Shown here: piece by piece, positions 25,075-34,887 of the stretch
Layout: every line of letters begins with the position of its first letter
Position numbering within the stretch: the stretch's first letter is position 1
Assembly: GCA_022072125.1 (NCBI GenBank)
Contig: JAJVIH010000021.1
Span: 700-64,699, forward strand
Reading direction: 5' to 3'
Origin: Myxococcota bacterium
GTDB lineage: Bacteria; Myxococcota; JAJVIH01
Length of the DNA stretch: 64,000 nt
Made by a program: the position numbers and the translations under genes
Notes under the pieces: model-generated
The model's database searches: none
The model's input: the letters and a program-made list of their open reading frames with translations, nothing else
What the model was told of the DNA's origin: nothing

Positions 25075-26070
25075 ATGGAGACAGAAGCGCTCGCAAGAAA
25101 GGAAGCCGCCAAATGGCCGCATCCAGTGCTGGGCGTCGCGATTACCGGCGTGGCGACAGGCTTGTTGTGGACCGCATCCGGCATGGTTCAGGATACCATC
25201 GCGCTGGCTGGCCTTGGCGTGGCCTTGCTGTTGATCTTTCTATCCGTCGAATACCTGCGCCGTTGCCTGATTCAGGGATCGTTGCTGGTGGTCATCGCCG
25301 GAGGAGCCTGGTGGATGCTGAAAAAACAGGCGGATCCGGCCGCCGTGGGCGCCGATATCCGGCATTCCGCCAGCCAGGCGGTGGAATCGGCCAAACGCAT
25401 GTTGCCGCAGGCCGTCACCCAGGAAATCCCCAGTGAAGCAGCCGGCGGGAGCGCGCCGTTGAATATCGGATTTTCCGGCGGCGGGGAGGCCGTCAACAAC
25501 GCCCCCGCGCCGCCCAATCCGCGTTCCATTCTGAAGCGGATCGCCTTGCGGGATGAATCCCTGCGCAAGCTGGCGGCGCAACAGATTACGGGCTGCCGCG
25601 GCCATGATCAGCTTTGCCAGTTCACGCGCATCCTGGAGTTTGTGCTGGCGGAAATCCGCCTGCCGCAGCCGGGGATGCAAAAAACCGGACCGGTTCAGAC
25701 GCCCTCGCAGACACTGAAGGAGAAAAGCGGCGATCGCCTGGATCGGGTGGTGCTGCTGATGTCGCTTGCGGGAGCGGCGGGGATACGGACCTATCTGGTG
25801 TCCGATCACGAACAGCCCTACGCCTTGGCGTGTTTCCGCAAGAAGATCGAGATGCACTTGGCGGAAATGGCCAACCGGGGGGAACCCACCGTCTGGCTGG
25901 ACGCCTATCAATCCCGGCTGGTTGCTCCGCCCGTTCCGGTCATGATCCGGCTGGAGGCCTGCTATGCGCCGGAACTGGATGTTCATGGCGGCTGGCTGGT
26001 CCGTCCGCCAGCGCGATCCGGATCGAATGTGTATGATCCGGAAAGCGGCGATCTGGTGGTTTCGTTCTGA
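25075..26070 (+). CDS. Membrane protein with a degenerate transglutaminase-like domain
   Basis: N-terminal TM helices; QTPSQTL...GDRLDRVVLLMSL resembles the TGase-like GDC.D motif. Confidence 0.5.
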   Translation: METEALARKEAAKWPHPVLGVAITGVATGLLWTASGMVQDTIALAGLGVALLLIFLSVEYLRRCLIQGSLLVVIAGGAWWMLKKQADPAAVGADIRHSASQAVESAKRMLPQAVTQEIPSEAAGGSAPLNIGFSGGGEAVNNAPAPPNPRSILKRIALRDESLRKLAAQQITGCRGHDQLCQFTRILEFVLAEIRLPQPGMQKTGPVQTPSQTLKEKSGDRLDRVVLLMSLAGAAGIRTYLVSDHEQPYALACFRKKIEMHLAEMANRGEPTVWLDAYQSRLVAPPVPVMIRLEACYAPELDVHGGWLVRPPARSGSNVYDPESGDLVVSF

Positions 26071-26228
26071 TAGAGCCGGACGGGCAGGGCGCTGTCCGGG
26101 CTCCCGTTATGGTCCGGGCGTGATTATCCTCTTCCAGCAGTGAGGAAAAACACAGGAAAACCCTTGGCTTGAAGGCATTGGCCGGATGGTGATACTGCCC
26201 ACCTGAACCACGGGGACAAGGAGCCATC

Positions 26229-27572
26229 ATGCAGCCGAAGATCGAACCCGGGCGCGTACACGAACTGCTCAGCCGCTGGGTGCTCACCAAGGGCTATGAC
26301 CTCGTTCTCGATCTGGAAAACAGCCGCGGCTCCTGGATGGTGGACGCCCGCAACGGCAAGCGGTACGCCAATTTTTTTTCGTTTTACGCCGCGCTTGCGC
26401 TGGGGTTCAATCACCCCAGGCTCAACAATGAAGAGACCCGGGCCATGCTGGCGGACGCCGCCCTGCACAAGCCCTCCAACTGCGATGTGTACACGTGGCA
26501 ATACGCCTGGTTCGTGGATGTGTTTTCCCGCCTGGCCATTCGCGATCGCTTCAGCCACCTGTTTTTCATCGAAGGCGGATCGCCGGCCGTCGAAAACGCC
26601 CTGAAGACCGCCATTGACTGGAAGGTCAAGCACAACCTTGCTTCCGGCCATGGGGAAAAAGGCTTTCAGGCCCTGCATTTCCGGCATTGTTTTCACGGGC
26701 GCACCGGCTACGCGCTGTCGTTGACCGATTCGCCAGACCCCCGCAAGACCCGGCATTTTCCGCGTTTCAACTGGCCGCGCGTCTCCAGCCCGGCCATTGA
26801 TTTCAGCCTGAAGGATTTTGCGATGGATGAAGTCCGCGAGCGGGAAAAGATCGCCCAGGATGAAATCCTCGACGCGCTGGAGTCGAATCCGCACGACATC
26901 GCCTGCATCGTTATTGAGCCCATCCAGTGCGAAGGAGGCGACCGGCATTTCCGTCCGGAGTTTCTGCAATGGCTTCGCTCTTGCGCCGACGATCATGATG
27001 TGCTGCTGGTCTTTGATGAAATCCAGACCGGCATGGGCATGACCGGAACCTGGTGGGCCTTTGAACAGATGGGCGTTCATCCGGATATCATCAGCTTCGG
27101 CAAAAAGTCGCGGGTATGCGGCATCGCCGCCGGTCCGCGGCTGGATGTGGTGGACAGCGTGTTCCGTGAGTCCTCGCGCATCAGCAGCACGTTCGAGGGC
27201 AACCTGGTGGATATGGTTCACTGCGCCCGCACCTGTCAGATCATCGAGGAAGAGGGGCTGCTCGCCCACGCCGCGCGCCAGGGCGTGAAAATCCTGAAAC
27301 GCATTCAGGAAATGAGCGGGCGCGTGCCCGAAGTGACGGCGGCGCGCGGACGCGGTCTGCTGGCGGCGTTTGATTTGCCCGATCAGGAAATCCGCAACCA
27401 GGTGTTGAACCGCGCCTTTGACAAAGGGGCGATCTTCCTGGGGTGTGGCGTGCGCAGCATCCGTTTGCGTCCGGTGCTGGACGTGGATGACGAAGTGATC
27501 GACGCTGGCATGAAGATTCTCGAGGAAGCGATCAAGGAGACCCTCCATGCGGTTCGTGGCCAATCATCCTGA
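26229..27572 (+). CDS. lat: L-lysine 6-transaminase
   Basis: FIEGG..AVENALK.A.DWK, AFHGR.GY.LSLT, IEPIQ.EGGD.H, FDEIQTG, ISSTFEGNLVDM. Confidence 0.9.
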   Translation: MQPKIEPGRVHELLSRWVLTKGYDLVLDLENSRGSWMVDARNGKRYANFFSFYAALALGFNHPRLNNEETRAMLADAALHKPSNCDVYTWQYAWFVDVFSRLAIRDRFSHLFFIEGGSPAVENALKTAIDWKVKHNLASGHGEKGFQALHFRHCFHGRTGYALSLTDSPDPRKTRHFPRFNWPRVSSPAIDFSLKDFAMDEVREREKIAQDEILDALESNPHDIACIVIEPIQCEGGDRHFRPEFLQWLRSCADDHDVLLVFDEIQTGMGMTGTWWAFEQMGVHPDIISFGKKSRVCGIAAGPRLDVVDSVFRESSRISSTFEGNLVDMVHCARTCQIIEEEGLLAHAARQGVKILKRIQEMSGRVPEVTAARGRGLLAAFDLPDQEIRNQVLNRAFDKGAIFLGCGVRSIRLRPVLDVDDEVIDAGMKILEEAIKETLHAVRGQSS

Positions 27573-29163
27573 AGCGGCGTGTTATGGAAAATCCATCGCC
27601 GGAGCGAACTTCATCAATGGCCGTTGGGTGGAGGCGGCCGGCGGCGGATTCGAGCGCCGCAATCCCGCCAACCGCCTGGACCTGATCGGTTCGTTCCCGC
27701 TGTCGGGCAGGGAAGAGGTGCGGGAAGCGGCGCGCGCGGCCCGCAAGGCGTTTGAAAAATGGAGCGCCACCCCGGCGCCTGTGCGCGCGGAGGTGATCGG
27801 CAGGTTCGGCGACCTGATTGCGAAGCACAAAGGGGATTTGTCCCGTCTGCTCACCCGCGAAATCGGCAAAACCCCGCGCGAAGCCGGCGGGGACGTGCAG
27901 GAAGCCGTGGACACCGCCCGTTTCTTTCAGTCGGAAGGCCGCAGGCTCTACGGACAGACGGTTCCCAGTGAGATGCGCCGCAAGGAACTCTTCACCTACC
28001 GCCGTCCGCTGGGGGTATGCGGCATGATCACGGCGGGCAATTTTCCGGTCGCCGTGCCCTCATGGAAGATCATTCCCGCGCTGATATGCGGCAACACGGT
28101 GGTGTGGAAGGCGTCTGACGATGCTCCGGGCTGCGCCAGCCTGTTCATGCAGTTGCTGGCGGAGGCGGGGGCGCCCGCGGGCGTGGTGAACCTGGTGCAT
28201 GGCGGCGGCGGGAATGGGGCCGGCCAATACCTGGTCGAACTCGTGCATGAGGGACTGATTGATAAAATTTCGTTCACCGGCTCCACGGCGGTGGGGCGCT
28301 GGATTGGCGCGGAATGCGGCCGCGCGTTGCAGATTCCCTCGCTGGAGTTGGGCGGCAAGAACCCGATGATCGTGACGCCCAGCGCCAACCTGGATCAGGC
28401 GCTGGAAGGTGCGCTGTGGGCGGCTTTTGGCACGGCGGGCCAGCGTTGCACCTCGCTGGGCAACCTGATTCTTCATGAGGACATCGCCGGGGATTTCACC
28501 CGGCGGTTTGCGGAGCGGGCCGGACAAATCCGCATCGGTGATCCCAGCCTGCACGGGGATGTGCTCTACGGCCCCATGATCAATGAGCGGTTCATGCAGG
28601 GCTTTCTCGAACACCTGCAATGGGGAAGGGAAGAGGGCGCCATCCCCCTGATGCATGAAGGACGCATCACCAGGGAAAACGCCTGCCGCCTCTTCGAGGG
28701 AGACGCAGCAGCGGGGCTTTATGTCTGGCCTGCGGTGTGGAGCGGCGTGACCATCCAGATGCGTCTGGCGCAGACCGAAATTTTTGGTCCTACCGTAAAT
28801 ATCATCAAGGCCCGCGACTTTGATGAGGCCATGGCGTTCGCCAATGGCACGCCGTACGGGTTGTCATCCGCCATTTACACCAATGATCCGGTTGAAATGC
28901 ACCGCTTCCGCACGGAGATTCAAGCGGGCATGTCGAGCATCAACAACTCGACGACAGGCGCCGAGGCGCACCTGCCTTTTGGCGGAGTGAAGGGGTCGGG
29001 CAATGGCACGCGGGAATCCGGCGTGTGGGTGATTGACGCCTATTCTCGCTGGCAGGCGGTCAACGCCGATTATTCCGGCGGCCTTCAACTCGCCCAGATT
29101 GACACCGAAACGGTCGAAGCATCCGCGCCGCCCGTGGATTTCAGCGCTTTGTGGATCCCTTGA
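27547..29163 (+). CDS. Aldehyde dehydrogenase (probable aminoadipate-semialdehyde/P6C dehydrogenase)
   Basis: ITAGNFP, FTGSTAVG, LELGGKN, GQRCTS, EIFGP; adjacent to lat. Confidence 0.88.
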   Translation: MRFVANHPEAACYGKSIAGANFINGRWVEAAGGGFERRNPANRLDLIGSFPLSGREEVREAARAARKAFEKWSATPAPVRAEVIGRFGDLIAKHKGDLSRLLTREIGKTPREAGGDVQEAVDTARFFQSEGRRLYGQTVPSEMRRKELFTYRRPLGVCGMITAGNFPVAVPSWKIIPALICGNTVVWKASDDAPGCASLFMQLLAEAGAPAGVVNLVHGGGGNGAGQYLVELVHEGLIDKISFTGSTAVGRWIGAECGRALQIPSLELGGKNPMIVTPSANLDQALEGALWAAFGTAGQRCTSLGNLILHEDIAGDFTRRFAERAGQIRIGDPSLHGDVLYGPMINERFMQGFLEHLQWGREEGAIPLMHEGRITRENACRLFEGDAAAGLYVWPAVWSGVTIQMRLAQTEIFGPTVNIIKARDFDEAMAFANGTPYGLSSAIYTNDPVEMHRFRTEIQAGMSSINNSTTGAEAHLPFGGVKGSGNGTRESGVWVIDAYSRWQAVNADYSGGLQLAQIDTETVEASAPPVDFSALWIP

Positions 29164-29291
29164 GACGCCTGACAAGTTTGACATGCGGCTTTTCCCTCCG
29201 TGCTGGCGGGCGGAAGAACCCTGCGGCAGATTTCCGGCATGAGGGACGGTTTCTTTTCCCGCGCCGGTTTTACCGGCGTTGATGATGTTCC

Positions 29292-30533
29292 ATGAGCGCG
29301 GGCTGGAAAGCATGGCTGTCGCCGCGCGTGCGGGTGTTGTTGCCGCTGGGACTGGTTTCCGGCCTGCCCTTGCCGTTGACCTCGGGAACCCTGCAGGCCT
29401 GGCTGGTGGACAGCCAGATCGGCGTTGGAGAAATCGGGGCCATCACCGCCTTTGTCGGACTGCCTTATTCCATCAAGATTTTCTGGAGCCCGCTGGTGGA
29501 TGCGGCGCCGTTCGGTTTTCTCGACCGCCGCCGCGCCTGGATGTTGTCCAGCCTGATCGCGGCCGCCCTGTGCGTGCTGGCGCTGTCGTGGCTGCGGCCA
29601 GACCAGGCCCTGCTGCCGGTGGTGCATATGGTGCTGGCGCTCGCGGTCTTCAGCGCCACCTTCGATATCGCTTTTGATGGTTACCGGGCCGCCACCCTGC
29701 GCGGCGACGCCGAAAGGGGAGCGGGCGTGGGCGCCAGCGTCTTCTCGTACCGGATAGGAATGCTGCTTTCCGGCGCGGCGGCGTTGTGGATGTCGGAAAG
29801 CCTGCCCTGGAGCCAGGTATTCTGGGTACTCGCCGGCGTGATCCTGGTGTTTGGCGCCGCCGGCGTATTCTGGGCGCCCGCCGCGGACGATGATTCTCAA
29901 CGTCCGCGCACCATCCGGGAAGCGGTGGTGGATCCCCTGCGCTCGTTTTTCGGCCAGTCCGGCGCGTGGATAGCCCTGCCATTCATTCTGTTCTACAAAC
30001 TGTCCGATATTTTCGCCGGCCTGTTGACGACGGCCTTTCTGCTGTCCGTGGGCTTCACCAAAGGCGATGTGGCGGTTGTTTCGAAGGGTGTGGGGCTGAT
30101 GGCTTCCATCGCGGGCGGCGTGGCGGGCGGGGTGCTGGTCTCGCTATGGGGACTCCGCGCCTCGTTGTGGGCGGGCGCCGTTGTCATGACCCTGTCGAAC
30201 CTGGGTTTTCTGGCGTTGACCTGGACAGGGGCCGATTCCCTTGTGCTCGCCGCCGTGGTCGTGATCGAAAACCTCGCCGGCGGGGTGGGAACCGCCGCCT
30301 TCGTCGCCTATTTGCTGTCGCTCACCCAGCGCCAGTTCGCCGCCACCCAATACGCCGCCCTGACTTCCCTGATGGTGCTTCCGCGGTTGATGGTGGGGAA
30401 CGCCGGGTACCTTCAGGAGACATGGGGTTGGCGGGCGTATTTTCTGGCTTCCGTGGCGGCGGCGCTTCCGTCCTTTCTGCTGATTCCCTGGGCGGCCCGG
30501 GCAAAACCGGACCAGCCTTCCGAAGCGGTCTGA
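29292..30533 (+). CDS. ampG: AmpG family muropeptide MFS transporter
   Basis: LG..SGLP..L...TLQAWL, WSPLVD, RRRAW, SATFDIAFD.YR, ATQYAALTSL. Confidence 0.9.
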   Translation: MSAGWKAWLSPRVRVLLPLGLVSGLPLPLTSGTLQAWLVDSQIGVGEIGAITAFVGLPYSIKIFWSPLVDAAPFGFLDRRRAWMLSSLIAAALCVLALSWLRPDQALLPVVHMVLALAVFSATFDIAFDGYRAATLRGDAERGAGVGASVFSYRIGMLLSGAAALWMSESLPWSQVFWVLAGVILVFGAAGVFWAPAADDDSQRPRTIREAVVDPLRSFFGQSGAWIALPFILFYKLSDIFAGLLTTAFLLSVGFTKGDVAVVSKGVGLMASIAGGVAGGVLVSLWGLRASLWAGAVVMTLSNLGFLALTWTGADSLVLAAVVVIENLAGGVGTAAFVAYLLSLTQRQFAATQYAALTSLMVLPRLMVGNAGYLQETWGWRAYFLASVAAALPSFLLIPWAARAKPDQPSEAV

Positions 30534-30633
30534 TCCGCCAGGCGGTTTTCCGGACGCGCGATATTTGTTCCTCGCCAACTGATGGAACCGGCTTCCCATG
30601 GCGTGGGGATATTCCGGATGTTAATGTCACGGG

Positions 30634-31350
30634 GTGGATGGAGAACAATCCAGCGGAGAGCGCCTGTCGCCCATCGAACGCCTTGCGCTCAGCCTGACGG
30701 TCGCCGTGGGGGTGGTGGTGGTCGCGTGCATGTCCGCGAATGTCCGTTACGCGGGCCACAGGACATGTGATGGCGAGACGCGGGATCGCCGTCTTCAGGT
30801 GCTGGAGGAGGGCCGCCGGCGTTACGCCGCCGCCTGGAACCATGAGGTCGCGCGTTCGGAACAGGTGCTGGCCATATCGTTCGCCCAGCGGGGCATTCTC
30901 GGGGAAACAGCCTACATCAAGGTGTTGCGGGGACCTGACGCCGAAGCCAACAAGGCCAAATCGCTGGCTGCGATAGCGGAGTACCGGGGGGAGATGAAGG
31001 GCTTCGAGGATAGCCTGCTGGCGCTGGATGCTTCATTTGATCCGGCGGCGTCCATGGATCCCGTGCTGGACTCACTGGAAAAACTGGCCAGTCCGGACAT
31101 GAAAAGCCAGGTCTCCAAACATCGCGCATTGGCGACGACATTCCACCGGAGGTTCGCGGTATCCCCGCCCGAGGACAAGGACTCGCCGATTCTGGACATC
31201 AAGCCTTTCCGCTGTCCCATCGGGTGTGTGACCGATGAATACAAACGGGACAAACTGGCGCTGGAAAAGTCCTGGACGGAGCTATCCCGCGCGCTGGAGG
31301 CGGATATCCTGCTTGGCACGGGTTGCCGTCCCGATTCCGGAAAGATGTGA
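30634..31350 (+). CDS. Hypothetical protein with an N-terminal membrane anchor
   Basis: 238-aa ORF with a hydrophobic N-terminus; no recognised motif. Confidence 0.55.
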   Translation: MDGEQSSGERLSPIERLALSLTVAVGVVVVACMSANVRYAGHRTCDGETRDRRLQVLEEGRRRYAAAWNHEVARSEQVLAISFAQRGILGETAYIKVLRGPDAEANKAKSLAAIAEYRGEMKGFEDSLLALDASFDPAASMDPVLDSLEKLASPDMKSQVSKHRALATTFHRRFAVSPPEDKDSPILDIKPFRCPIGCVTDEYKRDKLALEKSWTELSRALEADILLGTGCRPDSGKM

Positions 31351-31477
31351 GCGCGGGTTCATTGGCGTCCAGGGAAATCCGGACGGGAGTGTTCCCGGCC
31401 GCGCATCATCTCCCGGCTTTTCCTGCCGCCTGCGCCGGCAGGTGAGACGCCTCTCCTAAGTCTGGAGACATCTCCGG

Positions 31478-31508
31478 AAAAAATCAGGGGCCCCATCGGG
31501 GCCCCTGA
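31478..31508 (-). terminator. Rho-independent terminator downstream of the large lipoprotein gene
   Basis: TCAGGGGCCCC-atc-GGGGCCCCTGA 11-bp stem followed by T6 on the minus strand. Confidence 0.8.
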
Positions 31509-31533
31509 AACATGATGAACCTGGACGGCGGGC

Positions 31534-33831
31534 TTACGGGATGAAGTTTGGCAAGGTCCACTTGCCGTTCTTCCGCGTCAGCGGGACGATCTTCTCCGCG
31601 TTCTTCTTGCCCAGATTGACGGTGTAGGATTTGGCGTTGACCTTGCCGCTCTCCTTGCTGGTGGCCACCAGTTGCAGGGTGACTTCGATACTGCCCGAGT
31701 CGAAGCAGATGGTCCCGCCAATCGAGGTTTTGCAGTCCTCCTTGTAGAAGATGCGCAGGTTGTACGAGCCATCGCCCTTGTCGCTGGCCTCCGTATAGGT
31801 ATGGCTGATGGATTCGCTGTTGTTGCTGTTGGCCGTGTGGGTGCAACGCCCAAAAACGCCCCAGTTGCTGCTGGGCGGGCATTTGAACAGGTCCTTTTGC
31901 AGGAACAGGTCCACATCGCGGTTGTCCGTGATAATGATGATTTGTCCACCCGTCGAGGCGCTCATGGTGACATCGAGGGTTTCGTTGTCGAACTGCTCGA
32001 AGCCCTTGCCCACCACCTGGATATCGGCTTTGGGATTGTCCGCGTCATTGCTGCGCACCTGCAGGGTCGCGGTGTATTCCTGGATATCGGGCGGCGCGAA
32101 CTCAACCTCAATCACCACTTCCGCGTTGGCCGCCACCGTGGCGGGCAGGGAAGGAGGATTGAGAATCTTGAAGGTGGATGATCCGACGAGATTGACCTCG
32201 GTCAGGGTCAGGGTTCCGCGCGGGGTGTCGTTCTTGATTTTGACCGCGAGGGTTTTCTTCCCGCTGATCCGCTGGACTTCCTCGAAATCCAGTTTGAGGT
32301 CCGTCTCCACTTTGTCAATGGTCAGAATCTTCATTTCCGGGTCCACCGGATTGGCCTTGAGATCAATGGTCACCTCGGGACGGTTGGGATCGTCGCTGAC
32401 CAGTTTGAGCTGGTTGGCGTTGGGATTGCCGAGGTCCTTGGGTTCGTAGGTGATCTGGATCTCGACATTGCCCCTGGGGGGAATATTCGCGGGCAGGTTC
32501 GACACGGTGAACGGGGTTTGCGGAATCACAAGCCCGGATTTGGAGGTGTCCAGCGTCAGCACCGCGCCGCCCGTATTTGACAAGATAACCTTTTCCAGAC
32601 CGGGTTTGTTGTTGGGAGTCTTGATGAGTTGCACATCGCCGAAGTCAATGGCGGTGCGGGAGATTTCCAGTCCAGGGGGGACAAACCCCGCCCGGCCCTT
32701 GAGGGTGATGGAGAGTTCGGTGTCGCCCGGGGTGCCGTCCTGGTTGGCGTCGGTGTCATTGGATTTGATGGTGAGAATCGCCTCGTCGCTCTCGTCGCGG
32801 GCAGGGGTATAGGTCAGGTCCACCTGCACCTGCTCTCCCGGATTCAGGAAGATGGGGTCGGGCTTCGCGGCCTTTACCGTGAAATCCTGGGCGGAGCGGC
32901 CCGACAGGGCGAATCCGTTGATTGAGAGAATGGCGTTGCCGTCGCCCGCGTTCTTGATCAGGAAGGACATGGATTTGCTGTCTCCGCCCTTCACGTCTCC
33001 GAAATTAAAGACCAGGTTTTTGTAGCCGTCCTGCGGGTGGGCGTAATCCGCGCCGCTGGCGCTGTCGAAGAGGCGCAGGTCCGGTTTGCCCTTGAATTCA
33101 GTGGCCATGGGCACGCTGACCTTGGGAGAGTTGGAGGAGTCATTGATGATGTCAACCGCGCCGGTGTCCGGCACGCCGTCGTCGGGCGTGTAGGAAATCT
33201 CGACCTTGGCGGTTTCTCCGCCCTTGAGCACCAGATTTTTGCCTGGCTGCTGGACGAATTTGAAAACATTCTTGTTGGTGGATGAGTCGAAGGCCACGTC
33301 AAAAATCGTTAAATCGGACGTGCCGGAGTTGCGGATGGTGATCTCGCGGGTGACCGCGGCGCCGAAGGCGACGGAGCCGAACACGATGTCCTTGGGATTC
33401 ACCTCGATGGTCTTGTCTCCGCCGGAGACGCATTTCTGGCTCTTGGGATCGCAGACCAAGCCATTGGCGCAGTCGTTGTTGCTGGTGCATTCCGGGCCCG
33501 CGTCAGCGGAAGGGGCGTCGCCGGTGGATGCATCCTCGCCCGCGGAACGGGGGGTGCAGATTCCTCCCACGCATTGTTCTTCGGCGGGACATTCCAGATC
33601 TCCGGTGCAGGAGCCGCCGCTGAGCTGGTCCTTGCACACCTTTTCCGCCGTGTCGCAGAATTGACCCTCCCCGCAATCCATGTCCAGTTCGCATGCGGCG
33701 TTGTTCTTGTTGCCGCCGCCAAGTCCCCCCACATCGGGAATCCCGGGGGCCGTGGGATCATCCCCACAAGCGGACAACACAAGCGCCGCCGCCAGAGCGG
33801 TCAACGAAATCTTCAATCCGGTTCCGAACAT
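31534..33831 (-). CDS. Large surface lipoprotein with Cys-rich repeats and several ASH/choice-of-anchor-D Ig-like domains
   Basis: Lipobox LSAC; three CxxDxxC repeats; repeated IDFG.V...I.N.G...L.I..SND units. Confidence 0.8.
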   Translation of the reverse strand: MFGTGLKISLTALAAALVLSACGDDPTAPGIPDVGGLGGGNKNNAACELDMDCGEGQFCDTAEKVCKDQLSGGSCTGDLECPAEEQCVGGICTPRSAGEDASTGDAPSADAGPECTSNNDCANGLVCDPKSQKCVSGGDKTIEVNPKDIVFGSVAFGAAVTREITIRNSGTSDLTIFDVAFDSSTNKNVFKFVQQPGKNLVLKGGETAKVEISYTPDDGVPDTGAVDIINDSSNSPKVSVPMATEFKGKPDLRLFDSASGADYAHPQDGYKNLVFNFGDVKGGDSKSMSFLIKNAGDGNAILSINGFALSGRSAQDFTVKAAKPDPIFLNPGEQVQVDLTYTPARDESDEAILTIKSNDTDANQDGTPGDTELSITLKGRAGFVPPGLEISRTAIDFGDVQLIKTPNNKPGLEKVILSNTGGAVLTLDTSKSGLVIPQTPFTVSNLPANIPPRGNVEIQITYEPKDLGNPNANQLKLVSDDPNRPEVTIDLKANPVDPEMKILTIDKVETDLKLDFEEVQRISGKKTLAVKIKNDTPRGTLTLTEVNLVGSSTFKILNPPSLPATVAANAEVVIEVEFAPPDIQEYTATLQVRSNDADNPKADIQVVGKGFEQFDNETLDVTMSASTGGQIIIITDNRDVDLFLQKDLFKCPPSSNWGVFGRCTHTANSNNSESISHTYTEASDKGDGSYNLRIFYKEDCKTSIGGTICFDSGSIEVTLQLVATSKESGKVNAKSYTVNLGKKNAEKIVPLTRKNGKWTLPNFIP

Positions 33832-33975
33832 TCGAGATATCCTCCCGTTCCCTCGCGGAATATCCGCCAGGGCCAGCCTGTGCAGGCCAGTTGGGCACCC
33901 AGTTTCCCCCTATATATTGCACAGGTGGAAGGCCGTGCAAATCGGTCAAGTTGAGGGCGCGTGAATGTGATGGCC

Positions 33976-33993
33976 GTCACGCCGCGGCGTGAC
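33976..33993. promoter_or_regulatory. 18-bp perfect palindrome in a divergent intergenic region (candidate operator)
   Basis: GTCACGCCGCGGCGTGAC. Confidence 0.35.
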
Positions 33994-34048
33994 CCCGGGT
34001 TTTCGCGGACGCGCCAGGGCGGAAATCACCTCCGGAAACCCTTCAGGA

Positions 34049-34077
34049 TTGACCTCGGGCGCCGCCCTGTGTATGAA
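34049..34077 (+). promoter_or_regulatory. Sigma70-like promoter for the XRE-S24 repressor
   Basis: TTGACC-N17-TATGAA. Confidence 0.5.
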
Positions 34078-34149
34078 AATTTCGGTTTTGTATAGTCCGG
34101 GTAACCGGAAATATATGCCCCGACAAACTCAACCAGGCCAGATACTGCG

Positions 34150-34860
34150 GTGAAGAAGAAGCCCAGGAAACTGAACGCCTTCGCGATCCGGATCCGTGAA
34201 CTGCGCGAGGCGATTCACATGCAGAAGAAGCAGCTTGCCCGGGGCGCTGGAATCTCCGACTCCTATGTCACCCGCATCGAGAAGGGAGATATCATTCCTC
34301 TGGATGCGGTGGTCATGCGCATGGCGCGCATGTTGAACACCAACGAAGCCGAACTGGTGATGCTGGCGCGGCGTGAAAAGGCTCCCGCCGAACTGCGGGA
34401 CATCTATCGTCCGGAGGAAATCGTGGATTTCCTCAACGGGCTGCACGCCGCCAATACCGGAGAGCGCGCCGGCAACATGGTGCCCGTTCTCAACCTGGCG
34501 GCCTGCGGCGAATGGATGGAGGCCAATGACAAGGATATGCCGCCTGGCGAGGCCGATTATTACCATCCCATGGCGACGCGGGATCTCAACGCATTCATCG
34601 TCAAGGCCAAGGGGGATTCCATGAGCGGCGGGCGCATCGAGGAAGGAGACCTCCTGCTCATCGAACCCAACCGGCAGGTGGAGAACGGCGATATCGTGCT
34701 GGCCCGGCTGGATGGTCAGGTCACCATCAAGAAGTTTCACCGCCAGGGCAAAAATGTCATTCTCCAGCCGATGAACGAGAAATACCCTCCCATCGTGCTG
34801 GGCCCGGAGGCGGAAGACCTGCGTGTGTACCGCGTCGGCCGCATTGTCATCACACTCTGA
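34150..34860 (+). CDS. XRE HTH + S24 peptidase repressor (LexA/CI-like)
   Basis: IRELR...LAR.AGISDSYVTRIE.G; catalytic Ser (GDSM) and Lys (TIKK). Confidence 0.92.
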   Translation: MKKKPRKLNAFAIRIRELREAIHMQKKQLARGAGISDSYVTRIEKGDIIPLDAVVMRMARMLNTNEAELVMLARREKAPAELRDIYRPEEIVDFLNGLHAANTGERAGNMVPVLNLAACGEWMEANDKDMPPGEADYYHPMATRDLNAFIVKAKGDSMSGGRIEEGDLLLIEPNRQVENGDIVLARLDGQVTIKKFHRQGKNVILQPMNEKYPPIVLGPEAEDLRVYRVGRIVITL

Positions 34861-34887
34861 TCGATCCGTCCGTCACGGCGTCTCAAG

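Noticed and set aside
34150-34860. Prophage suggested by the CI-like repressor
   Set aside because: No integrase, structural or replication genes nearby; the flanks are host-like.
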